Shown piece after piece: positions 63,027 to 64,000 of a stretch of DNA of 64,000 nt. Below the pieces are notes generated by a model that made no database searches, had not been told where the DNA came from, and saw nothing but the letters and a program-made list of their open reading frames with translations. Source of the DNA: Mobula hypostoma (lineage: Eukaryota); the NCBI RefSeq assembly GCF_963921235.1, contig NC_086097.1, positions 248,560,001-248,624,000 of the forward strand, written 5' to 3'. The position numbers and the translations under genes are program-made. Positions within the stretch are counted from its first letter, which is position 1. Each line of letters starts with the position of its first letter.

Positions 63027-63419
63027 GTCCATGGCCAATTCAACTTCCCATTCCCATTTCCATTCTGATTTGTTGGTCTATGGTCAATACAACTTCCCAT
63101 TCCCTTTCTGATATGTCAGTCCATAGCCAATTCAAATTCTCATTCCCATTCCGACATGTCAGTCCATGGATAATTCAACTTCCCATTCCCATTCCGATAT
63201 ATCAGTCCATGGATAATTCAAATTCTCAATCCCATTCTGACATGTCAGTCCATGAATAATTCAACTTCCCATTCCCATTCTGATATATCAGTCCATGGAT
63301 AATTCAACTTCCCATTCCCATTCTGATATATCAGTCCATGGATAATTCAACTTCCCATTCCTATTCTGATATGACAGTCCATGGACAATTTGACTTTCCA
63401 TTCCCATTCAGGTATCTCA
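63027..63419 (+). repeat. Minisatellite, nine copies of a 43-bp unit
   Basis: Unit gtccatggataattcaacttcccattcccattctgatatatca; copies start at 63291 and 63334, for example. Confidence 0.9.
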
Positions 63420-63947
63420 GTCCTCCACTACTGACACAACGAGACCAAACTCAAGTTGGAGGAGGAACACCTTATATTCTGTCTCTCTCTCTGGGAAGCC
63501 TTGAAGCTGATGGCATGAACATTGATATCTGTAATTTCTGGTGTTTCCACTCCCCTCCCACCTACCACCCACCACTTCTCTCTGTTCCCATTCCCCATTC
63601 TGGTTCCCCTCTTACCCCTTCTTTTCTCCTCACCTCCTCTCCTCCTTCCTTTTCTCCTATGGTCCACTGTCTTCTCCTATCAGATTCCTCCTTCTTCAGC
63701 CATTTATCTCTTCCACCTATCATGTCCCAGCTTCTTACTTCATTCCCCCCTCCCCTACCCACCTTCCCCCTCACCTGATCTCACCTATCACCTGCCAGTG
63801 TGTACTCCTCCCCCGCCCCCACTTCTTATCCTGACTTCTTCCCTCTTCCCTTCCAGTCTTGAAGGGTTTTGGCCTGAAATGGCCACTGTTAATTCCTCTC
63901 CGTGATGTTGCCTGACCTGCTGAGTTCCTCCAGCGTTTTATGTATGT
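63420..63947 (+). mobile_element. PLE 3' fragment contiguous with the minisatellite
   Basis: aagttggaggaggaacaccttatatt...gatggcatgaacattgat, a pyrimidine-rich 3' region and the terminal repeat. Confidence 0.82.
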
Positions 63948-64000
63948 TTCAAAACGAAGGATGAGTTTTGTGTTTTGGAAGGCAGGCTGCTGAGTTCTGA

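Noticed and set aside
63027..63419. CRISPR-like regular repeat
   Set aside because: Units are head-to-tail with no unique spacers, no cas genes are present, the context is eukaryotic, and the unit derives from a PLE.
46000..64000. Exons of a downstream neighbour gene such as pdcd6
   Set aside because: No recognisable host coding exon was found; the region is almost entirely TE-derived. Very short or diverged exons cannot be excluded by eye.

Overview
Eukaryotic (vertebrate) genomic DNA. The repeat families (V-SINE/HE1-type SINEs, abundant CR1, Penelope-like elements) point to a cartilaginous fish, probably a ray; this is an inference. The only recognisable host gene is sdha (succinate dehydrogenase flavoprotein) on the + strand. 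Eleven coding exons, equivalent to human exons 5-15, were traced between 800 and 45493. All have AG/GT boundaries, consistent phases and an open frame ending ...PPAIRSY*, with AATAAA signals downstream. Exons 1-4 lie upstream of the window. Almost everything else is layered transposon debris: CR1, Rex1/Babar-like, a CR1/L2-type copy and a Nimb/I-like LINE end, Penelope-like elements (PLEs), V-SINEs, Tc1 remnants, a Buster/Charlie hAT deletion derivative and a solo LTR. The most notable non-obvious signal is a family of minimal type-I hammerhead ribozyme motifs carried by the PLE terminal repeats, with more than ten copies, one essentially intact. Other points of interest are PLE-built inverted repeats and mini-palindromes, a 43-bp minisatellite born from PLE coding sequence, captured DNA inside nested insertions, a local duplication straddling the last exon, and inverted young CR1s around exons 8-9. 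Most long ORFs in the supplied track are TE fragments or noise. TE boundaries are approximate unless a target-site duplication (TSD) is quoted.
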